Below are positions 59,629 to 64,000 of a stretch of DNA of 64,000 nt, piece by piece; the first letter of the stretch is position 1, and every line of letters begins with the position of its first letter. This DNA is from Octopus sinensis (taxonomy: Eukaryota). Position numbers and translations under genes: made by a program. The notes under the pieces were generated by a model that saw only the letters and a program-made list of their open reading frames with translations, made no database searches and had not been told where the DNA came from. The DNA lies in NCBI RefSeq assembly GCF_006345805.1, contig NC_043001.1:17980001-18044000 (forward strand), read 5' to 3'.

Positions 59629-60726
59629 CATATATGTATATATATGTATGTATGTATGTATGTATATATATATTGAAATCAACTCATCATTTTCCTTAGT
59701 TTTCATTCATTGAAATTTACGAAGATTCTTCTTTCGAGTTTACAAGTTATTATATTCGGCATAAGACTTTAGTAATTTCCTTTAGTAATTTCCTTTCCCG
59801 ATTGATAGCTCTAAAACTATCTACAAAGTTCTAGCGCTTTAGTATATGATATAATAATTTTGTGTGTGTGCGTGTGCGCGCGCATATGTTCAGTTTTTAT
59901 CTACACAGGTAAATACACACACAGAGTTGAAATTTACAGAAAAACAAAAGACGAAGAGAAGTGTATGAACAACAAGCAGGTGTATTAGTTTGACGCTCGG
60001 GAAAGTGAAAAAGTCTTTTACATTTCGAGCTTACGCTCTTCAACAGAAAGGAACACAAGAAAATAAACAGAGAGAGAATAAAAAAACGTGTGGATATAGC
60101 GATCAAGCATGTGTGTGTGTGTGTGTGTATGTGTGCGCGCGCGTGTATATTTATATATAGAGATCATAAAAGTCATACGTCCAGACATTTATAGTTTATG
60201 ATATAATTTTCTCGATCGGATCTTCTGGATTTTAGTTACATAGAGACTCTACATTACACTCCTCTTTAAGTGGATTACTATGTAGACTGATAGCCGAGTC
60301 CGTAAGAGGAGCTTTCTGGTTGATAGCCACACGATTCTCTGAATCTACATCATTTACTACTCATTTATATGTGTTGTGTGTGTGAGTGTATGTGTGTGAG
60401 CGTGTGTGTATACGTGTGTTGTGTACACACGCATACACACACACGCAGGCAACATGCACACACACAGACTAAAGCATTCAATTATAAAATCATATACAAT
60501 ATTTTGACGTCATACAATTCGTTTTTATTTGCATCAAATAATTAATCCATTGTGAGGTTTGCTTTTGTCCTTAAAGAAATCCTACTTAACGGAGCGAAAG
60601 CAGAAATGAGGCATTGTACGTATGCTGGGGGGGGGGGGCGGAGGATATCTGTTGTATTTTGTTGCTCATGTATGTATTCTGTTCTATGTATGTATCCCAT
60701 TTTATTTGCGTAAATATATGCACGTA

Positions 60727-61115
60727 TAGGCGCAGGAGTGGCTTTGTGGTAAGTAGCTTGTTTACCAACCACATTGTTCCGGGTTCAGTCCCACTGCGTG
60801 GAATTTTGGGCAAGTGTCTCCTACTATAGCCTCGGGCCGACCAAAGCCTCATGAGTGGATTTGGTAGACGGAAACTGAAAAAAGCCCATCGTATATATGT
60901 ATATATATATATGTATGTGCGTGTATGTTTGTGTGTCTGTGTTTGTCCCCCTTGCATTGCTTGACAACCGATGCTGGTGTGTTTATGTCCCCGTCACTTA
61001 GCGGTTCGGTAAAAGAGACCGATAGAATAAGTAATAGGTTCTAGGGTCGAGTTGCTCGATTAAAGGCGGTGCTCCAGCATGGCCACAGTCAATATGACTG
61101 AAATAAGTAAAAAAA
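60727..61115 (+). mobile_element. SINE family A
   Basis: Complete. Confidence 0.88.
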
Positions 61116-61179
61116 AGTATGTTTATTATGTAACATCTTATGACAGAGAGAATCTTCTGATGCAATTTCTTTTCTATTC

Positions 61180-61440
61180 TAGGCACAAGGCCCGAAACTT
61201 TTGGGGGAGGGGGTCCAGTCGATTAGATCGACCCCTGTACGCAAGGATGAAAGGCAAAGTCGACCTCGGCGGAATTTGAACTCAGAACGTAAAGACAGAC
61301 GAAAACATTTCGCCCGGTGTGCTAACGTTTCTTATTTCTTTATTGCCCACAAGGGACTAAACACAGAGGGGACAAACAAGGACAGACAAAGGGATTAAGT
61401 CGATTATATCGACCCCAGTGTGTAACTGGTACTTTATTTT
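61180..61440 (-). mobile_element. SINE family B fragments
   Basis: Head and tail pieces. Confidence 0.75.
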
Positions 61441-61443
61441 TAA

Positions 61444-62325
61444 ACATTTGCAGAAAGTGCTTATTTACTGTTGGTACGTTCAGGTAGGTTCAGAAGGAAA
61501 AATATGCTAGTCACTGTAGTGTACGTCGTTGGAGAATAACTTCTCCCTTTTACGACGACAACGTGCTCAGCACACTCGGTTCATTAGCGCAGAGGATTCG
61601 GGGAAGCAAGCTTCTTCCCACTCTGCCACATTTGCGCCAATAAATTTTCGTCCACGTGTGTACGAGTTTAAAGTTGCTCAGATATTGTAAACATATTTCA
61701 TTATTGGGACACATGGCCATCCTTCACAGAAAACAATCGAGATTGATAATTTGAAATATTAGCGTCATTCTTCCTAGAGTTCTATACTCTCAACGCCACG
61801 AAATATTTCTTTAATGACAATCCCTCACTTCTTTAAATTCAAGGACTACTTTATTTCACAAAAGAATTCGTGATCATGTGACACCAAATTATAAAAATTT
61901 TGATTGTCGAAATGTTTAAAGATATTTCTATACCTCTTGTAACTAAATCTGACGAGATATATCATAAGTTTCAATCTGTAGATTTTGGTAGAAACTTCTA
62001 TAACCTTCAATTTGAAACAAATGAGGAAGCTAGAATAAAATAAACAAATTGCTTTGGAAATACAAGATTAATAGTTCTTAAAATTAAAATGTATGAACTA
62101 ATATCTTAGAATGAATACAAAGCAAGTAGAAATTTTTTTTAAAAAACGATTAAAACTAATATGTGTGGAGAATCCGGGTATTGATCCCGGTACCTCTCGC
62201 ATGCAAAGCGAGCGCTCTACCATTTGAGCTAATTCCCCAACTTGCTAATTATGGCAATGTAATTTCACTTTAACACAAATTGGAACTCTGAAAGGAAAAA
62301 TAATCTGAAGCAAAATACCAATTAT
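61444..62325 (+). repeat. Direct duplication copy 1 carrying tRNA-Ala(TGC)
   Basis: Colinear with 63127..64000. Confidence 0.9.
62166..62238 (-). tRNA. tRNA-Ala-TGC: tRNA-Ala(TGC)
   Basis: 73 nt; T-loop variant ATCAATA. Confidence 0.9.
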
Positions 62326-63126
62326 TTAGCAGAGGATCTGTGTTTCGAACCCGTCCTGACACTTAAGCTAAATACCCCAAAGAGAGATAGTATTTCCACT
62401 TTAATAGAAGTGACCAATGCCAAATACAAATATACTAAGAGGTCAAGTCACGCACCGCTGCAGCACTCTGGCGACGCGTCGAGCAGAGTCTCAGTTAGTC
62501 CCCATCTCCTCGTGACCGTGTGTTATGTGGTCGGCCAAGACGAGCCGTCATCCCAGCCGGATCCTCAGTGACGAAAACACGGTAAGCAGGGTCTAACTCG
62601 GAAAATGGAGCAACATGACCAAACACTCTGAGCTAAAGCTCCCGACTCATACAAGTGACAGGACGCATCCCAGTTTCTGAGCAGAGTCGATGGTTAGATA
62701 CGAAACCCGACCAATGGTAACACATAATCCTGTGAAGCGTCCTGGAGCCAAATGAGTTCAGGTAGCTCCTAAGGGCCCTGTGGTTCTCTGGTCCATATCC
62801 TGGCCCTGCTCCCGTTTCTGCTCTACTAAAAGGAATCAATATATTCAATGGCATAAATGTTTTCCTTACACATTGAAATACCTCAGTAATTACGCTTAGA
62901 ACACACATCCCAGCCACATATAATGTACATTTAGAGTAACCTAACAATTCACGAGCAATTAATAATTTTTTATGGCAGGTTTCATTAGATAATAATGAGA
63001 AAAATATCAAAATGTAGAGTTGCAGTATATAGACTGACGGATCATCGATATTTGAGCTTAGCTGGACCCAAATACCAGGATACTATTGTTATGTATAGAG
63101 ATAGGTCGTTCACGGTTCCTTTGGAA

Positions 63127-64000
63127 CATTTGTAGAAAAGCGCATATTTATTGTTGGTACGTTTAGGTAGGTTCAGGAGAAAAATATGCTAGTCACTGTA
63201 GTGTACGTCGCAGGAGAATAGTGCCTCCCGTTTACGACGACGTGTTCAGCACACTCGGTTCATTGGCGCAGAAGATTCCTGGAGGCAAGCTTCTTCTCAC
63301 TTTGCCACACCTACGCCAATAAATTTTCGCCCGCGTGTGTATGAATTTAAAATTGTTCAGATATTTCAATCCGCATTATTGGGACACATGGTCATCCTTC
63401 AGAAAGAGATTGATAATTTGAAATATTAGCGTCATTCTTCATAGAGTACCATACTCTCAACGTCACGAAATATTTCTTTAAAGACAATCACTCATTTCTC
63501 TAAATTTGAGGACTACTTTATTTCACGTAAGAATTCGTGATCATGTGACACCAAATTATAAAAACTTTGATTGTCGAAATATATAAAGATATTTCTAAAC
63601 CTCTTGTAACTGAATCTGAGAAGATATGATATTTTCAATAAGTAGATATTGGTAGAAGCCGCTAGAATTTTCACTTTGAAAACAATTGACAAAGCTAGAA
63701 TTATATTAAACAAATTCATTGAAAATACAAAAAAAAATGTTTTTAATCGAAATGTATGAACTAATATCTTAAAATGTAAGAAACCAGCAAGAAATTTAAA
63801 AAGAACGATTAAAACCTAATGAGTGGAGAATCCGGGTATCGATCCCGGTACCTCTCGCATGCAAAGCGAGCGCTCTACCATTTGAGCTAATTCCCCAACT
63901 TGCTAATTATAGCAATGTAATTTCACTTTAACACAAATTGGAACACTGAAAGGCAAAATAATCTGAAGCAAAATACCAATGTTAGATAATTATTTAGCAG
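63127..64000 (+). repeat. Direct duplication copy 2 carrying tRNA-Ala(TGC)
   Basis: Colinear with 61444..62325; runs to the window end. Confidence 0.9.
63824..63896 (-). tRNA. tRNA-Ala-TGC: tRNA-Ala(TGC)
   Basis: 73-nt cloverleaf. Confidence 0.95.

Overview
This is eukaryotic, AT-rich, microsatellite-dense animal DNA, most likely from an octopus. That assignment is inferred from the tRNA-derived SINE families and was not tested by a search. The window holds no prokaryotic features. Host genes: one long single-frame ORF (5914..8697, 927 aa) built from four ~180-aa tandem repeats, and the 3' end of a diverged paralogue running off the window start (3..452); the two sit in a tandem segmental duplication. 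A cluster of 18 tRNA genes/pseudogenes covers only two amino acids: Ala-AGC x4, Ala-TGC x3, Gln-CTG x2 and Gln-TTG x9, including a 7-copy ~198-bp tandem array. Most of these lie in inverted or direct duplications. Mobile DNA dominates the rest: three SINE families (~40 copies), a full-length mariner, several MITE families, a 5-unit Helitron concatemer, CR1 and RTE fragments, and a near-intact 5.4-kb Tx1/L1-clade LINE. The most notable result is a two-copy, 361-bp-period repeat carrying a minimal type I hammerhead-ribozyme fold with the compensatory U3:A8 core (retrozyme/Penelope-pLTR-like). The full-length LINE has inserted into its second copy with a 17-bp TSD, so the LINE is now bracketed by two identical same-sense ribozyme motifs. 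Many ORFs in the supplied track are microsatellite read-throughs and were rejected. SINE and LINE-fragment boundaries are approximate (+/- ~20 bp). tRNA, TIR, TSD and ribozyme coordinates were counted base by base.
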